Assembly (NCBI GenBank): GCA_903813345.2
Contig: CAIIXF020000001.1
Span: 31,186,001 to 31,250,000 of the forward strand
From: Owenia fusiformis
Taxonomy: Eukaryota
Direction of reading: 5' to 3'
Length of the DNA stretch: 64,000 bases
Shown here: positions 48,501 through 62,667 of the stretch, one piece after another
Numbering within the stretch: position 1 is the first letter of the stretch
Layout: every line of letters begins with the position of its first letter
Translations under genes and position numbers: made by a program
The notes under the pieces: generated by a model
What the model was told of the DNA's origin: nothing
Databases searched by the model: none
The model's input: only the letters and a program-made list of their open reading frames with translations

Positions 48501-51500
48501 ACCAGACAAATTACCTGATAAGCATTACGCAATACAGATAATTTTCTTATTATCTGATGGTATGCCATCATAATATTTCAAAAATGTCACAAAAGGATAA
48601 CAACAACAACAACAAGGCATTAACATGCAAAATGTCACCACCATGTGTTACAGATGCCAACTGCCCATCGCAATCAATTTAATCAGCTCTAGAACTTGGT
48701 ACCCTCAGACATGGGTATGATTTTAAGATGACCTGACATGAGGTTTTCCAGGAATTGTGGTGACAATAATATGTGCTCCATAAAGAGCACATGTACTCTT
48801 AGATTCCTTAATAAATGCCTAAATGTTCCACTGCAGTATAAGTCAGTTTCATTTCAGTTTCAGTTCCTTAATATTTGGTAACATTTGTGTTTGTAAGCTT
48901 ATGACTTACAAAGTGAAATGTACTTGAACTCTGTTCTATGCTGGACTGATAACTGGTCCTGCACAAAACAGTAATTGCAACATAGAACATAGTTTTTAAG
49001 AAATATGCTCTATAAGTGGTAATTTTGCCAAATCATTTAATTTGCCTATTGCCTAATTTCTGCCAGGTTCGGAAAATGAAATGTAAGAAATAATATCCAA
49101 TGGAAAGTGTTTGTCTTCAGGAAAATTAAAATACCACTTATAAAATGTCTGTGCCAACAAATTAACATTTGAAACAAAGTGATGTTTGTGAACTGATCAT
49201 TTGGTTCAATAACAACCAGACATAAAACTTTGGGTTCATTTGTAATGGCGTTTATTCTCACTCATATATCCCGGATGTATGTACTGGACGAAAAGTTTAT
49301 CAAATGACAATCCCGGGGATTGTTCACACGTTACACGTATATCATTACAATGTTGATTTTAAAATATCTTGTCGAAATGTCAAATCATGAAATAGTAAAA
49401 CGTTTCAGTAATCATTATTATCATTCATTAATTATTTTATTCATCGTTGGCCAGCCATTTGCAAACAAAGATTTATGTGTTAAATCAAAGATGTTTCAGG
49501 CAAATCACAACATATCCAATAGATATCAATATTACAGTACCTTTTTATTACCCATTCTTTTAGCTATTGTGATGGTGATTGGGTCAACACTTCCCTTTTT
49601 GATGATAGGTGTCTGACCTGGGTAGGTTATACTATAGCACGGGGCCATCCTAGCTTGACATCTGAAAAAACAATTTATTCATATTTCTATAGTTTGGACT
49701 GTAGCTTTCATGGCATTACATATCAGAAATACAATGGATTTTCACATGACAGTGAGTTAATGGAATATCAGTGCCTCTATTAAAGTATTTCACATATTCT
49801 GAGTAACCATATCCAACTGTCCATATATTTCATATGTCAACCTATTAGACTTATAAAGACCAAATTCTTTTTTTGTGAAACTGAGAAATCAGGCTTCGAA
49901 AGATTAGACATCTATAACTTCAAAAGTATCTATTTGACATGTGTGAAATTTTCACACTGTTTTTTTTCATTGAAATTGTGTTTGTACATATATTTAAAGA
50001 TTTTCCGCTTTTGAGCAAAACAAAAATGGAGATTGGACGATGTAACTTTCAATTTTTCATATGACTGAAATAATAAATGTGTTCTTCGAGTCCCCTTCCC
50101 TATAATTTTCATGGACACATATTTTTTACTCATTTTTGCACAAATAAATTTAAATACCAGTTTAAAATTGTAACTTTTTCACACGATTTAATTTAAACAG
50201 TTTGATAGGTTAAGATGGCACATGGAACAAGTTAAAATTATCTTTTAAAACTTTATAGAGATCTAGATTCGACACTAGAATGTGACACTAAAAAGCAGGA
50301 TATTGAGAAGAAATATAGCTTAAAAGTAGCCTTGGGACATCATTATTCTGATAGGGTGATGTAACCAGTTATGTCATCACTGTCTCAGACTGTCAGACTG
50401 CAGAGATGATAATTATTGTAATATTCTAATAAAACATTGGATGCTAAGTATCAATTTCCTGTCTGCAGTTTGGAATAACAGAAATGATTACCAAATTCCA
50501 GTCAAAATGTCAACCTTCTCAATGGTAAAAATTTGTCTTAAAATCCATCATGGACTGGGAGTTTTCTCTACCTGAACTTTAAGGGAGAATCAGATCTACG
50601 AGCAAGCTACACAAAAATTATTTCAATTTCAGAATATTTTTGGCTTATATCATTCCTTGTCATGTCTAAAAATCCCCAAAATGCATACTTTATTTCTAAG
50701 AATTTTACAATAAATTTTATTTTATTTTTATTGTTATGGTTACCATTTTTATATTATTTGAGAGAAGTTAAGCATTTTTGCACCTTATATCATTAATTAC
50801 TTCACCAATTTATGACATATCACAGATTTTTTGGGAGATTTGATATGTAAGGAATAGATTAGTAGGTCAATTGTGCATATTGCTTGCAATTTTGTCACCT
50901 CCTATGTATCTGATTCTGCCTTAAAGAGTCATCAAATACTTTTAAATTCAATTTAAAGAAAAAAAGGTTTACTGACTACAAAATTACCATTAGCTCTTCT
51001 GAGTTCTCTGTGACAAGGAACAAAAAAAAAGTCTCTAAATCACACCGGAATAGCCTGACAACGGTAAAGTCAGATACCGTTGTCACAAATTGCAGACATA
51101 ACCATCGCTTCAGTTAGATTTTCATGAACTGTATGTTTAATATAACGACTAGATTAAATTCCTTTGGAAATAAAGGCTTTAATTTCACCGATCGGAATAT
51201 GACACAGGACAATGGATACTGTATAAATGACAATAGAAGGTGTGGGTCAAATGTGATGTAAAATCGAGGTGACAACGGTATATGTAAAGACAATGGTAAA
51301 GTGTCTATTTACCATTGTCATTTTCCTATGTTCCAATGCAATACATCCACCATAGTCCGTTGTCACATCTTACCATATGCCGTTGTCTTTGTAAATTATT
51401 TCAAATTCAGATTCCGTTGTCATTGACGATATCAAAGACGCTATATTGTGGCCATTCACGACCCCATTTGATAGAAATTGGGATTTCATATAATACATCA

Positions 51501-54500
51501 TCACACGAGCTTAATACTTGCATAGAATTAGCGATGATAAACTCCCATGAAACGAGGACCAAGTGATTAAAGAGTTGAAGCGATCGTTATGTCTGCCATT
51601 TGTGACAACGGTATCTGACTTTACCATTGTCAGGCTATTCCAGTATGTAAATAAAGTGCATTGTGATCTGATCTTTCAGTCCCATCATTGTGCTCATAAC
51701 TTTACATTGATTGCTGAAAAAATACTTGTCAAAAAGTGTCTTTTTTGGGACACCCAATGTATACCCTGGAATGTATGCTGAAATGTCAAAATAAAACATT
51801 TTGAACTTTTGGACATCTTAGTGAATAGATTAGTTATACATGTATATATTGGTAGCATTAGGCCTATTTGTAGCCATCACAACAGATTTTCTGACACTTG
51901 TTCCATGTGTTTACATAACTTACTTTTGTATCATCTCATCCCACCTGAGTGTAGGAACATTGGAAGCCTTCCCCAACACTGCATCTGTTAACACTGGGTC
52001 CATCACAACCCTCCTGTAATACATCACAGACACATATAAAATTAATTCACTTCATTTTCATCCAACCAGATATATTGGCCAAGGGAGTACCTGTACCTTT
52101 AAAAGAGTGGCCCTTTTGGTCAACAAAGGTTTTTGTAAGACAAGACAAAGGTAAGGTAAGACAAAAAATATATTTGACTGAACAGACATTCACCTTTGAA
52201 AGTACACAGGCAAATTACATCAGACCCCGTACAAGCTCGTACGGAGCTCGTTGAGTCAATGGACCCTGTACAACCCTGTAATTTTCAAGCCTTGTACTTG
52301 CCTGTGCAATGCCTGTAACAAGGCCCGTAATGACTCATAATTTTCTAGCACTGTGCTTGCCCGTAAGGGGCTCATAACGAGGCTCATAATTGCTCGTTTG
52401 TTTTGATGAACACTTTTTGATAGATGAAATTAAAATTCAGCATACTTGAGAAATGCCATTTCAATGATGGGCCTCGAAAACGAGCTTAGTACGAGCCCCA
52501 TGGTATCATTATGAGAAACTCTGAGAAATGTGAAAATGAATTATGTTTTTCTCAGTTTCTTGATGCAATGATGCTCATGTGTGCCAAAGCTACATAATGG
52601 CAATGCTAAGGTATAACAAATCACTTCAAATATTTCACCATTTTTCTAGAATGCTGCTATGTTTAAATTCTTTCAATAAAAAAGTAGAATGCCACATGTA
52701 AAATCAATTGTCATTTTCAAATACCTGCCACATCAGGTAAATAATGGTTGACACTTCAATCTCATCAAACAAAGTTCATGGGGATATAGAAAACAGTTCC
52801 AGTAGTGGAGCAATGTTGTTAAAATTATATTGAATACTAAGCATATTTCACTTTCTTATGACAATTTGACTGGTGAGTATAAATATCAACTGATAAAAAT
52901 TAGAATTATATCTGAAATAACCTTGCTAGAGCACACTTACCCAGTTTCATTCTGTAGCTCATTTTCTTTAACATGTTTCTTAAGTATTTCACGGATTTCA
53001 CGTGTACTCAAAGCATCTCCTTTCCTAAAAACACAAGACCACAAGAATGATTTAAGACAAGACTTTTGACCATGAGTACTTTCTCATTTTCTTTGGATGA
53101 TGAACTGAAAGATTTCAGATGTTGGTGACCAAAATTAGGCTGAAAACAATGAACAGCAAGAGTTTTCTAACATGGGATATTTTGTTTTCAACTTTATTAC
53201 ATTCCAACATTATTTCTCTTTCAGAAGTTACTGACAAAGTTGAAACAAGAAAAGGAGTGAACAATATCTCAACTTTGAATAGAATAGACAATTTTTGGTA
53301 TGGAAGGTCCAACAAAACGGCCGCCTTAACTTTTACCCAGAATGGAAATACGTAGACAAAATTAAGTGAGACGCTCGTTTGCAAATCTGACAGGCCAACA
53401 ATTTGATCACAATATAGCACACTGGGGTCTGAAAAAGTTTTGCTCTGCTAAAATAGAGGTCCTTTTTCTGAAATAAGTCTGACTTAATGGTCGGAGATAT
53501 GACTGTCTTAAATTATTTCATAACATACCTTGTCTTTTACAATTGCAAATTCAAAGACAAACAATGCACATGATGTTCATGACAATTTATATGATCATCA
53601 TCAAATCATTACAGTTCACTGAATGATCATCAGAGTCTGACAATCCACACAATGGTCTTCAAATAATGACAATTCACTCGATGGTCTTCAAATAATGACA
53701 ATTCACATATGATGGTCTTCAAATAATGACAATCCACATGATGGTCTTGAAATAATGACAATTCAAACAATAGTCTTCAAATAATGACAATCCACACGAT
53801 GGTCTTCAAATAATGACAATTCACAAAGTGTTCCTGATGTTGTAATGTTACTTACTTGCAGTTTGCTATCTTAAATAGCTCCATGGTGTTCCCATTGACC
53901 ATATACATCTCTTGAATCTTGGGTGGTTCATATACACAATCTTCCTCCTCCAACATGATCTCATTTTGAGCATCTATGATATCTTCAGGAATAACAAATT
54001 CTCTGTACCTGGAAAGAGGAAGCAATTGCATTAATTGTAAATTTTCATATTTCATACCATGTATTATTATAAATTGTATGTCTTGCTCAACTCATATTAA
54101 TTGTTCAACTTTATGATTTTTCCAATTTTTGACAATGCACTGATATACCCCCTATGGGTATCTAGTGCACAAATGTAACACTAGATAATTATATTACATG
54201 ATTAAATAATAAAAAAATTAATAAAAATGCATATAAAAATGCAGATAATATATCAATATTTTGGGCAAAAGTCATTTCATGAAGCATAGTTTGGATTATG
54301 CCATGCATGCATTTATAATTGTTGCTTATAAATAGATGTGTGTGATTAAAAATATTTTTAAAAAGAAATTTCACATATTACATTCTAGGACTGCATCATG
54401 AACCAAATAAAAGTGCTTTTTACAAACACATAAAACTTTTTTGCTACTCATCTTATAGCAATACTACCTGCAACAAGTTGTATTCATTTAGGTAATGTAC

Positions 54501-57500
54501 ATGTAACTTGTACATTAAGATGAATGGTTGGCAATATTATGTACAGTAATATCTATGAGATTATCTATCACCCCTAGTTGAAGTCATCTTATGATACCAG
54601 GATTTGACAATAACAAAGACAATAGCACATATCACTGGACCCTTACTATCCTTCCTGACTATGAGCTAGGAATCTTACCTTGGATGTTGTTTATATATGT
54701 CTGTTAAACTGTCCACACCTTTTGATAGCTCCTGCACCTTAATGATACCTTCAGTCTGCATGGACTTCAGGAACTTTGACAGCTTGAATAACATGGAAAA
54801 CATAAGTTCATATACAAGTAGCATTCAATATAGGAATGTACTAAAAACCCTTCGACCCTTCGACCTACGACTTAAGGGTGTCAAGAATTTTTGGAATATA
54901 TTTTTATAAAAACCATTCGACCTTCAATTTCTCAGTCCATATGAAGTTGCTGGAAACATTACTATGTATATAGAACTTAAGAATCTGTCCCTAAAGAGTT
55001 AAAGATATTTGTTGTATTCAAGCACATAATTTCGAATGTGAACTTTTCTAGAGTTCTCACGATTTCCGCTAAGTCTAATAACCATCATATTTGTAATGTG
55101 TGTGGGATTGGTGTAAAAAACGGTAACAAGAGGACTGGGTACCAACTATGTTTCCATTGAAAGAGTAAGTACAAAACATTTTCCCACAATGTAGATTAAA
55201 TCCTACGGGGAGCTCAAGTTGGAACCATACATAATCATTTAGAAAACTGGACTGGGAAATCAGAGGTCGAAGGGTTTTTCAATAAAATATATTCCAAAAA
55301 TTCTTGACACCCAGTAAGTCATAGGGTCGTAGGTTGAAGGGTTTTTAGTACATTCCTTCAATATACATGCCTTCTCTTGGTAGAAGGTACCATGAAGCAC
55401 TAGGTGCATGAAGTAAATAGGAGGTAAAACAATTGAATGTTCACACTTAAGAGTATGTATCTATGATGGTTGCTATGGGTGTTTTACTCAAATTTAAAAC
55501 CTTACCTTTTTATAACTTGACTTTTTTACATTTATTTCTTTGCCAGGTGGGCTACAAAAATGAAATATTGAAGGATTTATGCACATGACTTATACTTTCA
55601 ATTCTAGGATTTGTTATATCACAACCAAGTTGTTTGTTGGTAACTAGTCTTTTAAACAAGGCTGTATGTCCAATAAGTATTAGTAAAATAAAGCAGTGTG
55701 AATGTTTCCCATTTATCTTAAAACATAGTATTGTATTGATCATGTTATCTGAAGAATTTGATTTCATATAAGTTTTGAAATTCTTCCTATAATCATAACT
55801 AAAACCAGAATCAAACAAAACCCTCCAAAATAACCACTGTGCTGAGTACCTTGAACTTTATGGTACAGTAACATGAGCACAAATATGGCACTTTTGTTGT
55901 GATGTTGGGTTAATGTGATTTGTGACTTCTGTATGATTACATTCATTTAAATAAACTAACAAAGAAAAAGACAAGAACACTTACCAATATGGCACCATGT
56001 ATGAGCGGAAGAATTCACTGGTCAACAGTGGGAGATCAGTCTTGGCATTGACCTTGTCCTTTAAGGCACACATAAAGCAGGTGAATAATAACTCATCTTG
56101 GATTTCTACAAAAACAGCATATATGTCTCATTTTAATACATCCACCCAAGTAGCAATTTCCAATAATCCTTTGTAAGCAAAGCCATAAGAAGGTCCCTCA
56201 AAAACCATCCATTACTGGCAGAAAATTCAAATACCTTTGTGGAATTGACTATGGAAAAACTTGGTGGAGGATTTAAGAAGTCCAAATGTGGAAAACAAAT
56301 AGGATATACAGTTATAAAATATAAGAAATTCAAATCTTTATATTACATGTATGATTGTGGCAAAATAAGGAAAACCTGGATGAATATGCTTAATTAGATA
56401 ATTGTAGGTACAAATATCATGTGAACTGTATTAACTGCATTTAATCAAGTTTAGTTTTGGCTGTTACTGATAATAAGGTACTTTTTTGATACACTCTTTA
56501 AACAAGAAATAATAAGCTAGCCTTTATTCTATCAGATTTAAGTGTAATGAAGGACCCACGGTCCTGTGCTCACACAGTTTGGAACCTTCAGAGGAATGTA
56601 TATCCTGACAAAAATATTGATTTGGATTTGAGAAACTTAGATAGCAAAGTTGTGTGACCTAGTTTGATGACCTTTGACCTTGAAAATTTTACTTATTCAG
56701 AGCTCAGTAAGGTCTTTTGTGATTAAGCTGACCAAAATTTACATCCATAACGGATGGACCAACGGACGGACGGACGCCTGGTCGATCCCATAGGCTCACT
56801 GTGTGAGCCAAAAATGACTAATCAATCAGATTTTGAGATTTTAAGGTCTTTAGATCTTCTCAGCATCAAAAATATAAACTTGTAGCATTCAGAGGGTAGT
56901 AAGTCCAATATGTCCATATTTCACACTATTACATTATCAAATCTATGGAATACACTACACACCAGATTCAGATCTTGTATCCTCCACCTCATCTTCTGCA
57001 TCTTCAACAATGTTCAACTCCTCAATACTTCCTGTAACTTGTTCTACACCATCTTCATTGTCTTGTATATCAGATGATGTAGCATTGCACTTAATGTCTT
57101 CACTTTTTGGCTTGTCATCACTTTCTGTGGTTATGTCGTCAACATTGTCTGTTGTAATGTCACCATTATCAGTGACATCAGGATATGGTATATGTGGTGG
57201 CATGGACTTGTCTCCAAAAAGCCTGAAAATATGATATACTTGTATGCACATCTGTAATGGAACAGATACATGAACTTTGCATTATGAGTCATGATGTCAC
57301 AAGAGCACCAAATAATAAACAAGGCGTTAAAACGCAAACTCTCACCACCTGTCATTTGTTACAGATGCCAACCACCGAACACCAACTGCCACATACCAGC
57401 CACCGAATACTGTCCACAACAAGTTGGAGACCATAACAATATGTCATCACTTGTGGTAGTGACATAAAAAGAAAAATCATGAAATACCCTATGGAACATT

Positions 57501-60500
57501 TTTGATGCTTCCTGGTATTGCCAACCACATGAAACTGTTACACAGGGGAGCTTGATTCACAATGTTTACTTTGCTAAATCTTCACCTTGATATTTTTAGC
57601 AGGTAACTCCATTGACTAAGTTAACAACAAGTGTTAATGAAGGATTCTTTTAAAGCAAAGATATCATGTTATTAATCCCTATTATGATTATAAAAGACTT
57701 ACATCAATGCAATAGCTTCTTAAATAAAAATAGAAACCTCATTTAGGGTGTTAAAATTGTCATTTATAAGTGTGATTGGTGGTGAAAGAAATATTGGACA
57801 CTTTTCGTTGATTTTGGAAAGATCTTGACTCTGGGGAGATATCCAAGATTTCATTATAGCGCATTCTCTTCAAAATGTCTTACCAAAGCTGGTCCCGTAA
57901 TATACATATATCAAAATGTCTTACCATAGCTGATCCCGTAATACATGCAGAATGATGACTCCCTTGCCTTTCATGTTTACTTCAAACATATCTGACCCTG
58001 ACATAGCCATCTTCCCCACAGCCACAGGGGCCCTGAAAATAAGAAAGAGGCATTAACATGCAAATTGTTACCACCTGCCACTTGTTACAGACACAACTGC
58101 AAATGCCAACCAGCAAACATCAACCTCCAAATGCTGACTGGCAAACACCAACTGCTGAACACCATCCAAAAAAATTGGAGAAAAAAAATGCAAGGGTGTA
58201 TTTTGCACAAATGTTGTCACAGTTTTATGGTCTCCAATATTTCTTTATATACCAGTGGATAGGGAATTTACTTATCTTTAATTTGGTATATCATTGATAA
58301 GTTCAAATTTATTGTGATGTCTGCCAACCAGCGTCGATAATATAAATGATACCATTTTCGTTTCAAGACAGGTTTTCCAAAACTTGCAAAAATCAAGTTT
58401 TTTGTCAATTTGATTTACATAAACAGACACTCAGTATGTCCACCATTTTGATCAATCACCCTCAATTTTGCATCATTAATATGCTGTTGAGACAATGAAT
58501 TTCACTTCTCAATAATTCTGTCCTTAAGTGAATAGATGTAAAGGATTTATAGTACACCAATTCTGTTAGTTCTCACCATATGTGGAAGTTGCAGACATTG
58601 GGTGACCGGGTGATCTGAGGGAGGCAGTGATTAAGGGGGGATGATTCTAGACACATTTTCCTTCAAACATTTGACACTCTTGTGGGATCTATTGCTTGGG
58701 GCCCCATCTTGTTGGAAAATGTAATGATTTGCAAATGAGCTCATATCATGGTGGTCCAAAAACAACATAATTGGATCATCCGATGTCAACATCTGAAACT
58801 ACCACCTGTTGGGAGAACGAACAGAATTGGTTTACCATGAACCCCTTACATCTACTCAGTCCCTTATTAAGGATAGAATTGTAAGGAAGTGGAATTGATT
58901 GTCTCAACAGCATGTCAATGATGCTATTGACCAGTTTAAGCCAAAATTGGGGGCTATAATTGATCAAAATGGTGAACATATTGAGTGTCTGTTTATGTAA
59001 ATCAAGTTGACAAAAAACTTGGTATTTGCAAGTTTTGGAAAACCCGTTTATAAACAAAATTTTGAGGTCATTTATATCATGAACGCTGGTTGACAGACAT
59101 TATAACAAATTTGAACTTATGATATACCAAATTAAGGATTAGTAAATTCCCTAACCACTGGTATATAATATGACATGTTTTCATCAAGAAAAGCAATATT
59201 TATTTTTGAAATACGAGTGTCCGATTTTTTTGAACCACCCTGTAGAGCAGTTGCTAGACCCCTCTGGTCCTTTATTTTGAAAAGTAACAAATACATTAAA
59301 AATCATGTTCAATAAATAATGCAGATTTTTTATGAGGTTAGACTTCTGCATCGTACATCTATTACATTCATAAATACATGTACCCAACAAGATTTTCTCT
59401 GAAGGGGACAATTTAAGCAAATTTTGGCTATCTGCTGTATTCCATGTATAGAATGTCCCATCAACACTGTACTCGTACTGTACTCATCTACCTATTTTTG
59501 TCTAATATTTCAATGGGAGTCAGAACTTGTATAGATGACAGTTAACTACTAGGTTGTTCTTCACATCTGGCCTATTGGTTTGTGTGTAAATATTGCTGTT
59601 TTAAAACTTAAATTCACTACACATATCAAATAAATATCACATTTTCCTTCATTATTATTTACAAACATGTTTTAAGATTCAAAATCAAAGGGTTTTGGAT
59701 ATTTTCAATCACATTTATCTTGGGAGATTTTTGGAGCAATTTTTACATGTTAAAGTATGCTATTAAACCCACTGAATTTTTCGCCATCTATTGACAGTTC
59801 TGAAGGCTATTGTCTACTATTTATAATGATTTCTACTTACATTTTCAAAACTAATGGGCTACATAGGGGCTCTTTAAGTAATGGGTGAGAATGGTAATTT
59901 AAAAAGCGATCTGGATGCTTTTTATGGCGAATATGGTATTATAAAAGAATTTAAGAACCAATATTGTGGAATATATCATAAAAGTTAATCGTTGCTTGCC
60001 TTTAACCAAAACTGTATAATCAATAAGTGACACAAATTCTAAAAAACGTAATTCAAGTGTAGGCAGGCCATTTTGACATCTAACAAATTTTATTCCAGTT
60101 TCTAGATGGCTGTTCTGAAAGTATGCATTCTAATTTGAATTTTGATGTGCCTAGAAGTTCTATTACAGAGACGTTTTCTAAAACTGTAACATATGTTTAA
60201 TTTAATTTGAACTAGAAAAACACCAACTCCCTGGAGTAGATAAATCCCACCATTTTATATTTACAAATCTCTTGGCATCAATCTCTTTTTTCAATGTCAT
60301 TTTGAACATTTTGTGAATGAAATATCTAATAGCAGTATTGCCTCCTTTTGGTACAATCTAATAAGCATAAAACATAGCACTTTAGGTATCATTTACTCTA
60401 CACAGATTCACCATATTTAAAAGAACAATCACACAATCAAGCATCAATAAATCTTCTACCTGTTCCCATATAAGTCAACAGCAACAATCTGACCCTTGCT

Positions 60501-61954
60501 TAGATGTTTGAATGTATATGGTGTAACTGGCTCCCTCACAATAACACCTGGCAACATCAAATCTGAAACGATATGTGAAATACATTACATGTAATATAGC
60601 CATACTTTTAAGAGATCAGAAAATAATTGGGGGTCAGGGTGAAAAACCGGGGATATATGTCAAAAAGATAGATGTTGTTAATATTTTACCAAAATTTCAA
60701 ATAATAATATTTATTACTTTGGTTTAAAATGAAAAACATAAGATTTTTGCAAAAATTCAAGCCATTTTTAAACTGGCAGCACTATATCCCTACTGAACTT
60801 TGTTCGTTTGGATAACTAACCCCAACCCTACACACCATAATAACAAACCATCTAATAGAGAACTTACTCCAACTATGTAGCCTTTGCATTCGTCCGACTT
60901 CACTTCTTAAAAGAGAGCTTTGCCTTCACTCTTTCAGTTTACAATAAATTTCTGAACTCACCGAGCCATTCAGAGTTTGTCATTGAAATACGGACGACTT
61001 TCTATATATGGTAATTTCCTCTGACATCATTGCATAGTTAATAAGCAAGCATTTAGCATGTGTTCCAACTTCCTTCCAGCTCACTGATTGGTTGAGGAAT
61101 GATCAGAATAGTAGGTTTGAAATGATTTATGACCTGGGCTGTCACAGGCATAGGTCGTAGAGGCGGGGCTACTAAACTGTAATATAGTCTATACTAGGCA
61201 GAAGGTAGTTTATAACTAGACTGCATGCAGGGTACCAACTATGTAGACTTGGGAATGTCTCCCAGGAAGACCTACCTGCACCTCCTACCATCCTATCCAA
61301 CACTGGGGGTCCAGTAGTCAACACAGGCAGCATATCAGGATACCTCCATAGAGTGTATACTTTATGAAAAACAAAAAAATATATTATCATATTTTACTAA
61401 TGTATTTTTATATCTACAAAATGTAAACATCTTTAAAAAATCACATATAAATGATGATAGAATATAGTCATTATTTACTAATGGTCGACATTTGCAATGT
61501 TTTCTCTATATTGAATTTAAAATTAAGTCTGCTATTTTATATATAAGTTCTATTTCAGTACTGTAAAGTGTTTATGTTGTTTGTGTTAATAGTTAAAACA
61601 TGCATTTCACAGCTACCTTATTTTTCAGGGAACACACTAATAAGGGTACTGACTAATAAGGATGATAACATGCTGACATCATTTGCAAGAAAAAATAATT
61701 AACAGTTGGCTCAGATATTATTATCAAAAGTATTACATGGTGTCTGTACGGTCATACCTGTAGGATGTACAATTTTGTCTTTCTCATATTCAAAGAAGAT
61801 TGGCATCTTTTGAAGGCTGTACACCAGCATTCCATCACCACTGTGTGTGTAGATCTTAGTCACTGTCATTTCTTCCTTATTTGGTATGATTTCTCTTGCA
61901 GCAACTCCAGCTGCATTTGGAAACTGTTTTTCAACATTAGCACGCAGTTTCTTC
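45574..61954 (-). CDS. EIF2D: Eukaryotic translation initiation factor 2D (ligatin); first coding exon not found in the window
   Basis: Phase-consistent exons 61954-61758, 61359-61276, 60562-60460, 58032-57925, 57222-56963, 56105-55985, 55551-55506, 54782-54679, 54008-53856, 53024-52941, 52013-51924, 49661-49541, 47304-47118, 45683-45574. PUA-region motifs PTVYTLW..P, GGADLMLPG, GNRAPVAVG; KKSSYKKLSKFL; SUI1 motifs GNKKVTLVENLE, VLVQGNQ, IPRKFLIGLEKA. Confidence 0.95.
46206..46735. mobile_element. MITE
   Basis: About 57-bp TIR AAAAGGAGGAGGGAAAT(A/T)AGCGCAACAGATTTTGGACAGTCATATGTTGGATTTTGG; TSD unclear. Confidence 0.75.
47382..48381 (+). mobile_element. Tc1/mariner deletion derivative
   Basis: TA TSD; long TIRs beginning CAGGGTGTCCAAAAAAACAGGACC; transposase remnants WFQQ and WAAHSPDLNPPDFYLWGFLK. 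Confidence 0.9.
51045..51643. mobile_element. MITE
   Basis: About 65-bp TIR GGAATAGCCTGACAA(C/T)GGTAAAGTCAGATACCGTTGTCACAAAT...; repeated internal ACAACGGTA motifs. Confidence 0.8.
53575..53825. repeat. About 29-bp minisatellite in an eIF2D intron
   Basis: About 6-7 copies of TGGTCTTCAAATAATGACAAT(T/C)CACACGA. Confidence 0.85.
54833..55356. mobile_element. Mutator-like MITE
   Basis: Perfect 9-bp TSD TTCAATATA (54824-54832 and 55357-55365); about 100-bp TIRs starting GGAATGTACTAAAAACCCTTC. Confidence 0.88.
58252..59161 (-). mobile_element. Tc1/mariner relic
   Basis: TA TSD; about 190-bp TIRs starting CCAGTGG(A/T)TAGGGAATTTACT; - strand remnant HYIFQQDGAP around 58700-58725. Confidence 0.85.
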
Positions 61955-62667
61955 CTTAAAGGCAAATTAACATGCAAGGGTATATTGGTAGTACATTGCA
62001 TAATTTGGAACCAACAGTTCCCTTTCAAAATCATCAATGTCAAGATATAGGGGCAGAAAATTCGATATTGGTCTTATGGTATTTGCAGGCATGTCATGTC
62101 AACCTGGGAACATCTAAAATGAGTGACTTACAAATGTTGAACACCTTCCTTCAAATTGTGAACACCTTGGTTCAAATTTTGAACATATTGGTTCAAATTT
62201 TATTGCATTTATCCAAATTTTGGACACCTCAATTTTTCGCACTCACTTCGCTCGCTTTCACGAACTCTGTCAACGGGGGCTGGGGGGAAAAGAAAATTCG
62301 AAGCAAATGCTTTCGTTTTTTTTTGCCGTTCCTTTTTCAGCATTCATTTTTTGATGTTCTTTTCCTGAAATATTTTTGCTTGCCAAAGAAAAATGTGTAT
62401 ATGCATGACATATTCTGTCATGCAAAACAATGGGTGTGACTTTGATTTCTTCAGCAAATGCGTGACAAATATGCAAGTTGCGGGACAGTTTGAGGATTCC
62501 CTCTAAGTAGCACAATAAATGAATCCAAAGCTTCATACCTGCAAACGATGGATAAATTCCTACAAAATCGAACGAATGTTTTCATGGATCGCCATGTTTG
62601 TGATCCAAGAAGGATTGACTCCAAGAATGCAACATCAGTTAAACATCAGTAACCTTATTTACTTGTA

